A model generated the notes under the pieces. That model did no database searches and was not told the DNA's origin. It saw only the letters and a program-made list of their open reading frames with translations. 64,000 nucleotides of DNA from assembly GCA_002633005.1 (NCBI GenBank), contig NMRA01000098.1:913678-977677 (forward strand), given 5' to 3'. Position 1 is the first letter of the stretch. Each line of letters begins with the position of its first letter. Positions 1-13,600 of the stretch are shown one piece after another. The DNA comes from Phoronis australis. Taxonomy: Eukaryota; Animalia; Phoronida. Both the position numbers and the translations under genes were made by a program.

Positions 1-68
1 GATTTTGGGCTTTGTCTATTCCTCTTATTTCAAAATCATTTATCTCAAGGCTCGACTTTTTGTTACAG

Positions 69-1420
69 GTCATCATGGTTGGTGATGATATAGTGAATGA
101 TGTTGGAGGAGCTCAGGCAGCAGGCTTGCGAGGGATACAGGTCAGGACGGGAAAATACAGGTGTGTTTAAAGGTAGTACAAAAAATATCAGTGGTGGGCA
201 AACTTGCCCTTTTATCATTCTTCAAGTTCTTTGTTGCAAGTGTCCAGAAGTTTTCAAACTTTTCAGTGATGGTAAATATCGTACCAATCTTGAAAATTGT
301 AAACTAACATATTAATTTTGTGCGGTATTGTGTCTTATACATAAAATGAGACTACGAAATTTCAGCTGTCAGCCACATTGTGTCCTAAATTGACAAGGAA
401 TTAACGTAAATCCATGGGGATATCGTAGTGTCAGTGGTTATCACAATAATAGTGTTAGCTGATTGTGGACATGTGCATGCACAATGTACCAAATTCTGCT
501 TGATGCCTCCTTTTAGATTTGCTGAGATTTCCAGAAATAGATCTTTATTGTGTATGAAGGCCTGAAATAAATTGATGACATCACAGCTTCATTCTAACGT
601 GGTGTTTGAAGTACTGTGGAAACAAAAATGCAGGTTGTTTTGCGAGTTGGAACAGATCAAAATGATTTTTAAAGAGCATTTTCCTTAGTTTGTACTTGGT
701 TAATATTCTATTTACTCCTGATATCATTATTACAATTCACTGCAAATTCCTTACATTTTTTTTCTTCAACTTGACTCTACTAACTCCATGGTCACGCTTG
801 TCATTATTTCATCTTAGATATGCTGTTTCAAACCAAACCAGTTTTCATTAAAAAGTTTACATCAATTATTGTCCAACGTTGTGTGTGTAAAACCAGATAA
901 TTCATCAGTGTGTGTCTGCATGCACAATGCGACGGTTAATTTTTGCGGTGTTCATTGTACTGTTTGATAAATTCTTTTCTCTAGGGGCAAACCATATTTT
1001 CATGCTTCAGTAGAGTGTCTGGTTTTGTTTTCTCTTAAACTTGAATGTGTTTGTCACCAGATGGTGCAGGGAGCAAAACCTCATACTGTACCATCTGACG
1101 AAATCATTGTTTTGAGGTGGAAGTCTTTGTTTGGATTTTAGTGTTCCGAATTACACTTAATAAAAGAATTTACTGAATGCAGTTCATTGATTGCTTGTAT
1201 GGACACATTCCATGCCGTTAGCTTAGTTTATTCCAGTTTCAAATTCGCAGTATATGCTTGACCTAATTAGAGCTATGTGGGTCTTTAATAATATCATGAA
1301 TGCAATTCCAGAGCGTCAGATGAAAGTCACCCAACAGTGAAACCAGACGCTTATGTTGACAATTTGTCAGAGGCTGTGGAAGCCTTACTCAACTCATCGC
1401 CAGACATATCAGGAAGTTGA
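69..1420 (+). CDS. LHPP: LHPP (phospholysine phosphohistidine inorganic pyrophosphate phosphatase, HAD IIA family), last two exons; gene begins upstream of the window
   Basis: Exon 69-160 (ttacag|...tacag|gt) encodes [31 protein letters not shown], which carries HAD motif IV (GDD...D). Exon 1312-1420 (ttccag|) encodes [35 protein letters not shown]. Phases match (2+1). Closely resembles the recalled human LHPP C-terminus (MIGDDIVGDVGGAQ...QVRTGKFRPSDEHHPEVKADGYVDNLAEAV). Confidence 0.9.
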
Positions 1421-4400
1421 ATCTTCGCTTGATGTTAGTGCAATTTAGATTTAACATCTAATTTATTGTAATGAGATGCTATGATAATATATTTATATAA
1501 TCATAGTACACTATCATGAGATTTTCTTTTGTTTTAAATTTCGTTTAATCACTGAATTTTCAAAACTTTCACTTTTAAAGCCCATGCTCAATGATACGCC
1601 GACTCTCCATTTGTGACTCGCTTGCGTCCCATGAACAGCCATCTACAGAGAATTTCAGTAACCAAAATCCTCACATTTTGAAGCATGCCAAGATTTATAC
1701 AATGACACTTGGCTTACCTCAAAATCCAACTGCTGCCTGGTAGTTTGATGATTGGCTCATGTTGCACACCCAGCAGAATTAATCAGGAGCATATTAATAT
1801 AGCAACATTTTACAAACATTTTGGGTTGTAAAAGTTGCATTTCTTATCCGTTTTTCAAACTTCAAAAACCTAATAATGTACTTTTCATGAGCTATTCAAG
1901 TATGTTATTTGAACACTTTCAAAACGAAAACTTAAAAATACTATTGTAGCGTCCCCAATGTGTTGATGATGGATCTCATAATCTAGAGAACAATAACTTC
2001 AGCAGCCTTAGCGATGTAAGTAACTACAACAGCATGGTGTCTTTGATAAATGCCAGCAGATTTTGAGGTACGCAAACTGGCGGAGTTACCCAATCTCAGC
2101 TGGTGAGAGTGGCAATGTAGGATTCTTTTCATGGCAGTTAGGATGCAACATAACTGCCCACCAGCAACACTTAGAAAAGTTTCTTTTGATGAGCCAATGC
2201 TGGTCTTATCACCCACCCTTCCGATTTGAGGTTCTCGAGTCTAGTACACACCAAAAATTATCAGACGAAGATTAAGCTATACATACATGTAGACGATCTG
2301 TGTAACAATGAACCTTCCAGGTCTTATCGAAGACATTCATTGTGTCCGAGATTTGCCAAATCCGAAATTAAAACCACAGAACTGTTTACTTGACATTTTT
2401 GCCTATGTAAGGCTATCCAACCACGTGCCCATCTGCGTGTAGTAAATCACGCTGTGAAATCGAGAAGTACGCGCACGATCCATTTTAGACTCGCATTGTA
2501 AAGATGGTGAAGTTTCCAACTGGGACATTGAAATTGTTGTGTTATAAACTTATGAACATTGTATCTGTGTTTGTTAAAGGGAAGCATAGAAAACATATTT
2601 TGCATTAGACAAAAACGGGACTTGCAGAATGAAACATTATAAGCAGGCGAACAAAAACAAGGTAATTCAATGGGTATTTTTAAATCCCTTGATGATCACA
2701 TAACCATTACATGAACAAAAGCATCATCCAGACTATTGTTTTGTCTCAAAAATTTTGATTTTTCACGTAGATCCCTATATTTCGACACATGCAATTGCTT
2801 CACATAATTGCAACTTCTGTTTCTTTATTTAACAGGGTACAAGAAGTATCTGGGATTTTCTTTTAAGTCCTTTTAGTCCAAAAGCTCAGGAATCAAAAAC
2901 GTAGACATTCCACTTTTGCAAAGAATGTTGAATGTCTTCTGACATTAGGTTTTGGGCTTAAATGCCTTAAAAGAAAATTTCAGACAAGTCAAGCTTTTGT
3001 TGGTAATAGAATAATGAACCAAAGTCATGTTTGTTTAAATTACGGCAATCTCAGCGAAAAATCAAGACTGGTTAGAGGAAACATGCCAAACATCTAGGCA
3101 TTACTTTTGTGCACATAATGAGATGCTGTGTTCATCAAGTATTACAAAAATATTGTTTTATGTATCAATGACAAAAATTTAAAAAGCTATTTAGCAACTT
3201 TGAACCTTGTTAACAAAGGTAGACAATTGCTTATATTCCTGATAGTGAGGTATGGTGGAACTTAAGTATGTAATGAACTGGTGGTTAAACATAATTGTCT
3301 TTAATGGGAAATGGCATTAATAAAAATGCGATCACATTTTTTATAACACTTTGTTATATAACCACCACAGTCTTCAACTAAAATGACCATACGTAATACA
3401 TTGCATTGTCTAAAGTCTCATACACAGAGAAAGTGGAAGACTTGTCAGCCTCACTCCACAGCACAACACAAACTATGAAACCAAAACAGGTGAACTTTTA
3501 ATGAGGCTAGTATCTTGCGAGTTTGGCTGACCCTGCACCTTGCAGAGCAAGTTTCTTGTGAAAAAAGCGAGATCACGCAAGCCTTTGCGAGATGTTGCAT
3601 CCACTGCAAGCAAATCACATGACCTTGGTATGCTGGAACTTGGAATTCTGTTTAATCTCATGATCGCATATGCATGAACTTGGAATACATTAGAAAACTT
3701 GGCAAGTTCACTCAAATAATTACGTTTATGTTGCACTGCACTAAAGAAAATCACATGTTAATAATTAATAGCATAAATTTTAACCAACCTAAAACTTTTT
3801 AAATCTTTTGGCGTCTTTGGCGATCTTACTCACCAAACAATTTATTAACCATTCACATATTCCTCAGGTTCTGTGACACAAGTTCCGGTAAAGGAGAAAA
3901 TGAATGATCGTGGGAATAATAATTAGAAAAACAATTACACTGTAAACTTTCACCTGATTATTTTAATGAATATTTAATTCCAAGTTCACGTGCACGTAAT
4001 CTTGAGAGTAAGCATAATTCCAAGTTCATGCACAGCAACCTCACGATTGTCTTCTGAACCCCAGATTACACAAGAGTGACCGTCTCGTATTTCAAGCAGA
4101 GCACGTGATCTCATCAGCTTTCACTCTCAAGTGACCAGCATTATTGAATGCGTGCAAGGTTACTGATCAAGCTCAATAAACTACAGTGAGAGACACATGA
4201 CCACATAGTGCCAAGCACAATTTTGAATCTATTTCCCATATCCAATGCACTTTATAAGTCGCAAAATGGAATGAAATAGTTGCTATGCCAATAACAAAAA
4301 CTGTTCGTTAGTCTTGGTTGACTTACGAACAGCAAGCAATGGGTACAAAAACCATGCTGCTAATTTGCCAGACTTCAGCAAAGGTCCAGCTTGTGTTGTG

Positions 4401-4622
4401 TGAGTTTCACGATATGTACCACGTTTCCTATCTGATAAATGACACAAGCCTGCTTGGAAATCTGCATTGTTGAAAAAGTTAAATATCCCCAGTTCTTCCA
4501 AGTTCGAGTACTCCAAACATCCTCATGCTACTGTCATCAGGCCAAACACTACTTGATCATGTGACTCCCTACTTTACCAATCAAAACACAATAAATAAAT
4601 TTGCTCTTAAATACCTATACCA

Positions 4623-7600
4623 TCACACAATTCTATTACTGCACATTGTGTATCTGTCAATCTCTGACAATGGTGGTGCGGGCCCTTTATCTTTATTACT
4701 AGGGACAACCTCGCCCTCTGTTGGTGGGACAGCTGAACTATCTGCAGGCTCAGAGTTCCCAACACCATTTTCAGTCACTCTCTTCTCCTTGACTGGCGAT
4801 TTTGGCGGTGTTTTAACAGGAGTCTGAGTGTTCTTTGGCAAGTCTTTCGAGTATTTGGCATCGGTATCCGCATCACTCTGTTTTGATTCTGCACAGCCGT
4901 TGACATAACCATGTGACTTGCCTAAGACAATAATGCTACAGAGAAGCTTGGTCGTTGACAACCTGAAAAAGAGAAAAACCATTGGTCCAAAGCACACATT
5001 GCATGCACAAAAATTCGAAACACTTGCAATGCTCCAAAAGCAAAATATTTTTCTTGGAGAAATGTCACGTTACCAACTAAGCATATCTGGGTGCATCTTC
5101 AAACAGCTTTGTGGTCCTAATCAGTCAACCAAGAAATAGTGGTGCATACCTTCAAAAATGTCTGGTTGTTTAATCAAGCTTTACAGCCTTCTTTACTCAG
5201 TCTTTCATAAGAAAAGTTGTTTACGAAAACTGGACAAAGCATTGTTTGTAAACAAACTGTGCTATATTATCGACACAGTTTGCTAAAACACGCGCATAAT
5301 TTATGTAGTGATGATGAAACTTGTGACAAATGAGGGCCAGTACACATTCAAGTAATAAAACAAAATGATGCAGAATGACGTCTGATCATCAGCCAAATTG
5401 CTAGTCATAAGGGCTCAGTGCAAGTGGAATTCATATTCAGAGTCGTTGGAATGACTCATCACTACAGGGAAGTGGAATTTTGCCATGTACTGCATAAACA
5501 CTGGTGCTTGTATTTGAAAACATGATAGAAAATATTTAGGAAACAAAAATCAACTACCAAAAAATAACTAACTTAGAAACTATCAAATGCCATTAAACAT
5601 ACTTAAACTTCGTTTCCTCCAGAAAAAGGTGAATAACAGCCAAGGCTAATGTCTGATTCACTAGAAGAACAGTGGCGTTAATGAAAGATAATTTATTACC
5701 ATATATAGGCCAATACAATACAGCCCCACGCAGTAACTGTATTGACAGTCACCGATTGGCTGATGATGCGATACAATAGAACACCAAGTGGTAGAGGGAT
5801 GAATCCAAATTTCCTTGATATCAGATCAAATTGATCTGTGTAGGCCTAAAAGCAAGAAAATTAAACTATCAGTAAACAAAAATGAACAATATAGACAGGG
5901 CTTTAATTAATCAGTAAATGAACTGAATTGAGTGCTGTTTTGGTAATATCATTATTATCCTGGGACATTTCATTTTATACGATGGCGAGTGTTGAATGTT
6001 TTGATATCAAAAGACAACACTGTTTTCTATGAATACTCTGTGGTTGGCTTGCCAAACCGCTTCATTTTTGCTTTAATTATTTTATCTCACTTTAAAGATT
6101 GCCGTGTTTGATTCGGCCAGTCATGTAGAACTCAATGTAACTTAAAGTCTAACCAAGACAACACGATTTACAAAAGCTTTACACAATAGTCAAGCCTGAC
6201 ATGCACAAAGTCAGGATATCATACTCTTGCCCACTGTAAAAAAAAACATGTAAACTGCTTCATTTGGCAATAAACCTAGTCTAACCAAGACAACACGATT
6301 TACAAAAGCTTTACACATTAGCCAAGCCTGACATGCACAAAGTCAGGATATCATACTCTTGCCCACTGTAAAAAAAAACAATGTAAACTGCTTCATTTGG
6401 CAATAGACTTGTCGCCAGGTATTACAGCACGATCAGATAGTTATTAATGGACTTTCAGCGTCCTCTAAGTCTTGGCCACTTTTTCCACATCCAGGTTGCC
6501 AGTCATTAATAATTTAATGTTACCAATCTTTTAGAATTAACAACAAACAAAATTGACTGGGTTGAGACAGACACAAATTACCCTCAGGTATTTGCTTGAG
6601 CTGGTCGGGTATGTTGGCTTCCGGCATAAGCAGGCTTAATGCCAGCATACCGCATTTTGGAAAGGACAACACACACAACACAAGAACAGAGTAGTGTGAT
6701 TTAGTTTCTCCTGTTGTAAGTACATAGATACACTGAAGTCATCAAAACTACAAAATGCACCTTCTAGAGTATCAATCATTTAATGTTTCCTAGTTAGAAG
6801 ATATCAACGTCATGTGAAGCTACAATGGATCAAAAGGAGGAGAGGAAATCAATGTGGAATTTTGTATTACACTCATTTGGTAAGAATTACTTCCAGTCAA
6901 AATAATTAGAAGACCGATAGCATGCTGGTGAAGCTAGTCAACTCACCTGCCTCTGTCTGCTGCCAATGACATCTTTAGACAGACTGACACAATACTCGTG
7001 GTACACCTGCAAACAATAAGCCATCAGTTAGACACTTGAAGTCCTTCTTAGGTAAAGATTTAATGCTCATTTTCCATTTTTACTTAGTTTATTGTAAATT
7101 ATAATTTCTAAAATAAAGGTAATATGTGAAACAAGAGCAAACCGTGTGCATCGCAAACGACAAAGATATAAGAGGCGCTCGCTTTTTCATTTACTTCCAC
7201 ACTAATGAATTTCAACATGAGTAATGCAGTGTTGAAATGCACCCACAACAGTGTGTTCCATGGGTGTTTTAATATCATGAAAACGCCCACTAGGCAACGA
7301 AGAATACAACAACGCTGTCCAAAAAAGGACCCAGATTTCATGAAAATCCAACCATGAACTCTGAAGATACAGAGGCAACCGTAAAAACCTAAAGTTGCCA
7401 CTACGGAGCACAGCGGTAGTTGGATCGGTCCGAAATTCGTCATCAACTGTTGTCAGACTCATAGGAGCACATCTGCCAAATCTCTTTAAGAGTCTGCATG
7501 GAGTTCAGGAGATGCAGCAGCAGACGACAGAATACGAGATGTGACAACAATATACACCTACATGTAAATATGTGGGCACATAAACATGAGTCTAAGGGAT

Positions 7601-10600
7601 GTTAGTAGTACTTGTTAGCCAGAAATTGGCAAATGCAATTCAGGTGGATATTCAGATTACTACTAGGGGGCACTGCAAAAGATGGGTACATCCAATAATC
7701 AATGTTGACCATCTTCACTTTAAGCGAAATTCATTTGCTATGATTCTTCAGGGAGTCTGGCAAATAGAGAGGCCAACATTTAACTGGTAAAAATTGAGAA
7801 ACAATGAAATACTAGTCCAGTAAAAGTTGAAACACATTCCAACCCAAACTCTTTGCTGGTAGAGTACACACAAAGTTTCTCTGCACACCCCATATCTCAA
7901 AATCTCTTTTAAAGTCACTGTGAATGGGACTTCAGTCAATATACTGACTTGATTTTCAAAATGGGCACACCCACCTCAGCTGGAATGCCGTTGAATTTTG
8001 TAATAAATGCGTGCTTGACCCAGTCGACAAAGACCTCGGAAATCATAATCATTAAGATGTCTGGAATGAGAGTCCACAGGTGGTCTGGAACAGAAATCAA
8101 ATTAAAAGCTACAGAAAATCTTCAATAACTGGAGCTTCTTTTCTACTAAAAGTTTTAAGTAGAATTTGTTCAAGAAATGACATATTGCAATATTTCCCTT
8201 CCAGTGTTTACACTCTCTGTAGACCCTATCATACTAACTTAACTCGAGTATGAGCAGAGCGTCCATGTAAACTGTGAAGTTAATTGAACTGTTCGTACCA
8301 ACTTCGGTAGTTACAGGCATCGAAGTAAACTTTAGGTGATGCTGTCTTCATCCAAGTAATGGAAAGGTAACGCTGATGCATCCCGTGCACGCTACAATTT
8401 TTTTAAGTGACAATTTAAGAACATTTACAAGTGTTAATTAACATAAAACTTATTTCTAATTTGACTGGTGATTATTCGTGCAAAATATAAGCAACTAATA
8501 GTGACGGCACTGCAATTTAATTGTTGACGATAGCAGTGGCCCCTGGCAATAACTTCGATGAGACTGGAGTTGACCGTTCATACTGCACTGCAGCGTCAAT
8601 GCTTCGCTGTTAAATCCACCTGTTTACTGCGAAGTTCACTGGAGCTAATAACTTCGATCCAGGACCGAAGTCAACCGTTCATACTGACTGCAACTCCTCA
8701 AAACATCGAAGCGTCAACGTTTGTATGAAAGGGAATAATTAGGAAGTGACAGGTCTGTTAAATATAGTAGTACTATGTATTAAGTGCTTATGAAAATGTG
8801 AACTGAACAATCCGTAATCTCAAAGTATTCAAAATGTCAACAAGGATACAAAAAGGTAAGAAATGAGTGCAGGTGGTCTCATACACATTGCACCAGGTGT
8901 GCACAGGTCGCTCAGACAGGCCCACTGCACAAAACACCTGAAACTATTTTTTGGTTGACTAACATACAATACATTTAACACCCAGACACACAAATTACGA
9001 CCAAGCTGAGGAGCTAGACACCTGATTCCAGGGTCTAGCAGTGGGGTCCACAGGGATTTGAACCCCCAACCTAGAGGAAAGGAGACAGACACTCAACCCC
9101 CTAGGCCACACTGCCTCCTCACAAAAAATGATAGACCGAGACTAACTTACCCATATTCCATGAAAACTCCGTCATGTTGCGCACACACACAATAACTAAG
9201 AGAATGATGAAATGGAAGCGCTCTCTGACATCACTACAGACCATTTGAAATAGATTTTTATTGTCAAACTTCTTGAACACACTGCCCTTCAGTTCGACAA
9301 ACTGAAAAAATAAAATAATAACAGATTGATACAGATCTACTTTAAGCACACTGCCCTTCAATTTGAAAACTGAGAAAATAATAAAATAGTAATGGAGAGT
9401 GACAGATCTACTTGAAAAACATGAAATGTAACTTGAGAACACATAACTTTACAGTGATAATATAACACATGGCATAGTGGTAAATAAAACGTCATCATCA
9501 CAAAAGATAGCGCCAGCAATTACAGCACTCCAGCTCATACTGATATACTAGAAATCTGCACTCTCTGAGACAAGAGTGCATTCACATTTTATGAATATTT
9601 CAGTCATAGCATTGCTTCTGACACTGCATGCTAAAAGTATTTAGACAAAATGACCGGGACTTCCCCGTCATGACAGCTAGGCAGAAGTCGAAATCATAGA
9701 ATGAATATGATTCTCTCAAGACCAAAAATGAAGACGGATAAGCAGGAAAGTTCATAAGTTGGCTAAGTCATTCTGTAATAGGGCTGTCCCGAATTACACA
9801 TCAGTAGTACTCTCCTTTGTCCTGGAGATAAGAAAGCGCGTGACTTATTTTGGAAATCAAGCACATTTTCGTGTCTCGTTGATATTAGGAAGGCGAAAAA
9901 TTTCAGATCACGCATCCACTGGTATTTGCCCAGTTTATCAAACTTTTTCACATCGGAGTTGCAGACCACAGCACAGCAGCAATACTTCGTTGGCTTTGGA
10001 AGGATGAATAGATTAACACAACCGAAAAAAACTTGTACAGAATCACAAAACAACAAATAACATGTATAATTTCTGAAACAGTGGCACGAAAACGAGGCGG
10101 CACATGTGACTGATGGATGTTTACGGCATTGTGGGTAAATACAGCGAGATTCAGGTGTCGCTGTGTAATCCCGAATGGCCATAGTAGAATTGTGTTGCTG
10201 CGATAGTTACCTCCAGTCTTTTATGCTGCAAACAGAATTAGCTGCCATGATGGGGAATGGTAATTAGTTTAACTACCTTTGTCATGCACTGTAAATATTG
10301 TACACTTTATTGTCACAATGATATTACTTACATTATTTGACATCATAATGGTTAGCAGAACCTTGTTGTGCGAGTTGAAGGCCACATTGATAGTAGTGGC
10401 TTGGAACAACACTAAAACAGCGTGACCCACTGATGTAGAGTTAAGAATACAACGTGAGAACAGGTGAATTGCATCATCGGCACATTAACTTGGGTTAGAA
10501 TTGCATGAGGCAATAATGCACTGTGCATAAAATGGGGAAGTAACAAGAATACTGTTTTCTTGTCAATTATTATTTTCAAAAATCAAAAAAGATGGCAATT

Positions 10601-13600
10601 AGTTTATCTTATTTTCTAACACTTTTAGTAAACAGTCAATGAATTAAAGGATACACACATACAGAATAGCCAATGCTAGATGAGGCAGTAGGCCAATATG
10701 TTCTCGCTTATGACCCCGAGGTTCTGTAGCTGTCCAAAAGAGGGCATCTAAAATGTCTTGCCCGACTGATGAAAACAGACGATCGGCAACCTAAAACAAG
10801 AAGAATAGTAACTTCGCTTTAAGACTGAACTAACCATTACTCTGCAGCAATTCACCAATTATTACACAGAAAAATAATCACCAAATTATCACCTTCCACT
10901 TTTCAAAGGCTGATTAATTTGCTGCAAACAGTGGAAAAGTTCACCAAATGTAGTTTTATGACATCTACACACTTCAAACTATGCTAGTAATAATTTAAAA
11001 GTAAAGCAGTTTAAAAATAATCTTTATTTGACAAAATAGCATTTCATTTGTCTTCCATATTGTGCGCTAAATAACTGAAAAATTATCACATGTGAAAACA
11101 ACAATGAAAAAGTTCAGAAGAAAGAACATTGACAAAACAACTGAAGCCAAAACACGCAAAAGTCGGACATGCATCATTTACATCTCTGCCAAACTTGGAC
11201 GAAGTTCAATAGTACCATTGTTTTAGTCCATGAACCCTTTAGCTAAACTGGATTCTGCCTTACTCTGATAAAATCTGTCAGACCATGAACTGGATGCTAT
11301 ACAAACACATTTCTCTGCACAACAAGTAACTTAATAGCAACCTAATAATCTTTCTTCATTGTTGTTACTAATCAAGAGAAGTGGAAGCTTATGTGGGTAA
11401 CAAAATTTATCCCCCAATACAATCCTGAACAGTTAATAACTACCGCATGGAGATAACAAATTGGCGGCAAAACGTGATAGGCACTCTGGTGTTTGACCGT
11501 GTGGTTTGATCCAATGCACTGTATAAGCATGGTTGAGCAAAGAAAGTAGAATATATTTTAATTTATTTATCGTGAGTTTTGTAGAATTTATTGCTCAGTA
11601 TGTGGGATAACTACATGTCCTTGTCTGTTACTACCTGTCTCATGAACCCTCATGGGATTTGGGGGAATTATCACCTGAGAGGCGACAAATTCCAAATCCC
11701 ACAAGGGGTCCAGGGACTGGAAATAACAGCAACGCCATGAAATAATCTATATTGACGAAATTTATCTTACGTCTGTCAGACTGACAAAACTGTGGGACGC
11801 AGAAATTTTGTCTCACCTCTAGCAAGTTGAAGAATATGTACAGCTTTATGATGACCTGTCCTCTGATAATGTGGTACATCATAGACGTGTCCACATAGTT
11901 CATTAAGAGGGCACACACAACAAACAACACCGCTTTAAGTAGGTCACAGATCTGGGCTGGTTCTAACACTCGCTGACTGGAAAATGAGGTCAAAGTTCAT
12001 TAACAGGGAACGCGCAGAAAGCAGTCCTACTTTAAGGAGGTCACAGATCAAAGCTAATGAATTTCAAAAAAAAGCTTCAGCACTTAATAGACATTGTAGT
12101 TATCACTAGGTGATGCTACCAGCATTGAAGTTATCGATAGGTGGACTTGTTGACAACAGCAGAGCCCTGTCAGTAACTTTGATAGGTACCGAGGATGAGC
12201 ATTCCCAATGTAGCGACACGTCAACATTTCACTTTTAAATCCACCTGTAAATTTAAGTTGCTAATTTGATCCAAAATCGAATCTAACCATTCCGACTGAC
12301 CAACATTAGTGCGAAAGGCCTTTAGTTTCTGAGTCAAAATGACATTGTTAACCCAAGTCAAGGCACAGATCATTTCCAGTTTTGTCCCTAATGTCAATCA
12401 GTCCAGTATCTCATCACTACACCCCTATGACTCCTTGAGACTTTATGATATTACCCGGTGGAGAACAGTCCACATGGATGGGTCACCAACTTAACGGTTG
12501 CCAGGAGACAGCGGATGGGAAGGAATGTGAAGACATAAAGAAAAGTCTCTGTACACTGCAGGAAGCCGTAGTACATGAACTGGAAAAGACAGTAAAAGTG
12601 TATGATGTCAGATGATGACAATTGTTCGATTGTGGCATTCAGCTTCCCAACTGTCTGTCTTACGATATTGTTATTCTTGGACTTTACAAGACGCAAGATT
12701 TTCTATTTAACATTTTACTTCTACTAGCTAAACAGTACATTTACAAAGAGAGATGTCACAAAAATATACCTAATTTTCTCAAGTTCGTTACAAAAACTTA
12801 TGAATACTATAATGCTGAAAAATTAAATGCACATAAAAACTTTGTACATGACAGCTTCTCTGCAAAATGGGAAAAATTTATTGTTCATGTTAAGTTCATG
12901 TAGAAGATAAATTTTATTATTTACTTTAAACGAGATATGAGAATGGTCTTCCTGAGGTGTGCATGCGTGAATGAATGGTGTACTTATTTGTTTGTTTGTT
13001 TTTGTAATTGTTTTGTAAAGGATAATAAATACATAAAAAAAAAATTGTTTGATGGTTTTACCCAAAAATAATTGCCAAAACTCAACACTTCCAATTTAGC
13101 AAAGCTTACTAACTGCTTAAGTTGTAGTCAGCTACGCAATGCAAATCACACATATCAAAAAAAATCCCTAAATATTTATTGATATTTGATTTCCTCAAGA
13201 TCACACATTGCACTAAATAAGTATAGTAATTACTGTTAAAGGAAAACATGTCATAACAGTGATCTGTTGAATTATGAACAGGTTATCACACTTCCTTGCA
13301 AAGATACACATAGTACATCAGTTTGGTGAATAACTTCTAAAACTGTAAAAGTTCTATATAAAATTAATGTACCTTTTCCATGGCAACTGGGATATTAAGA
13401 AATGTGTAGATATCTTCTCTCTTTTTTTCATATTTTGCCTCATCTCTGTCCAAGATGTATCCTCTTGTAAGCTCTGCTTTTAAGTATCTGAATATGGATA
13501 AATCTGAAAGAAAGAAATAACAAGTACACATGACCTATTGCCTTCTGGAGTGTATACGTATTTGAAAGTATCACAATTTGTATAACTTACCAATACTACT

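Noticed and set aside
97-315. ORF-track entry 97-315 as a gene
   Set aside because: It overlaps the LHPP exon in the wrong frame and runs into the intron.
1983-2275. Minus-strand peptide ...KETF...GIYQRHHAVV..YIAK, faintly like the zinc-knuckle region of RLE-type LINEs
   Set aside because: Key Cys/His residues and spacing are missing; too weak to call without a search.
6582-6650. Short exon-like stretch (MLALSLLMPEANIPDQLKQIPE followed by a donor-like site) in a TAPT1 intron
   Set aside because: No recognisable homology, and its phase does not fit the flanking phase-0 intron.
7108-7557. ORFs in a TAPT1 intron, with FGPIQLPL resembling TAPT1 FGFIPLPL and an upstream AG|GTGTAT, suggesting an alternative exon
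   Set aside because: Three in-frame stops separate the acceptor from the motif, the similarity is only a few residues, and the true exons are at 7006-6947 and 5845-5700. More likely a repeat.
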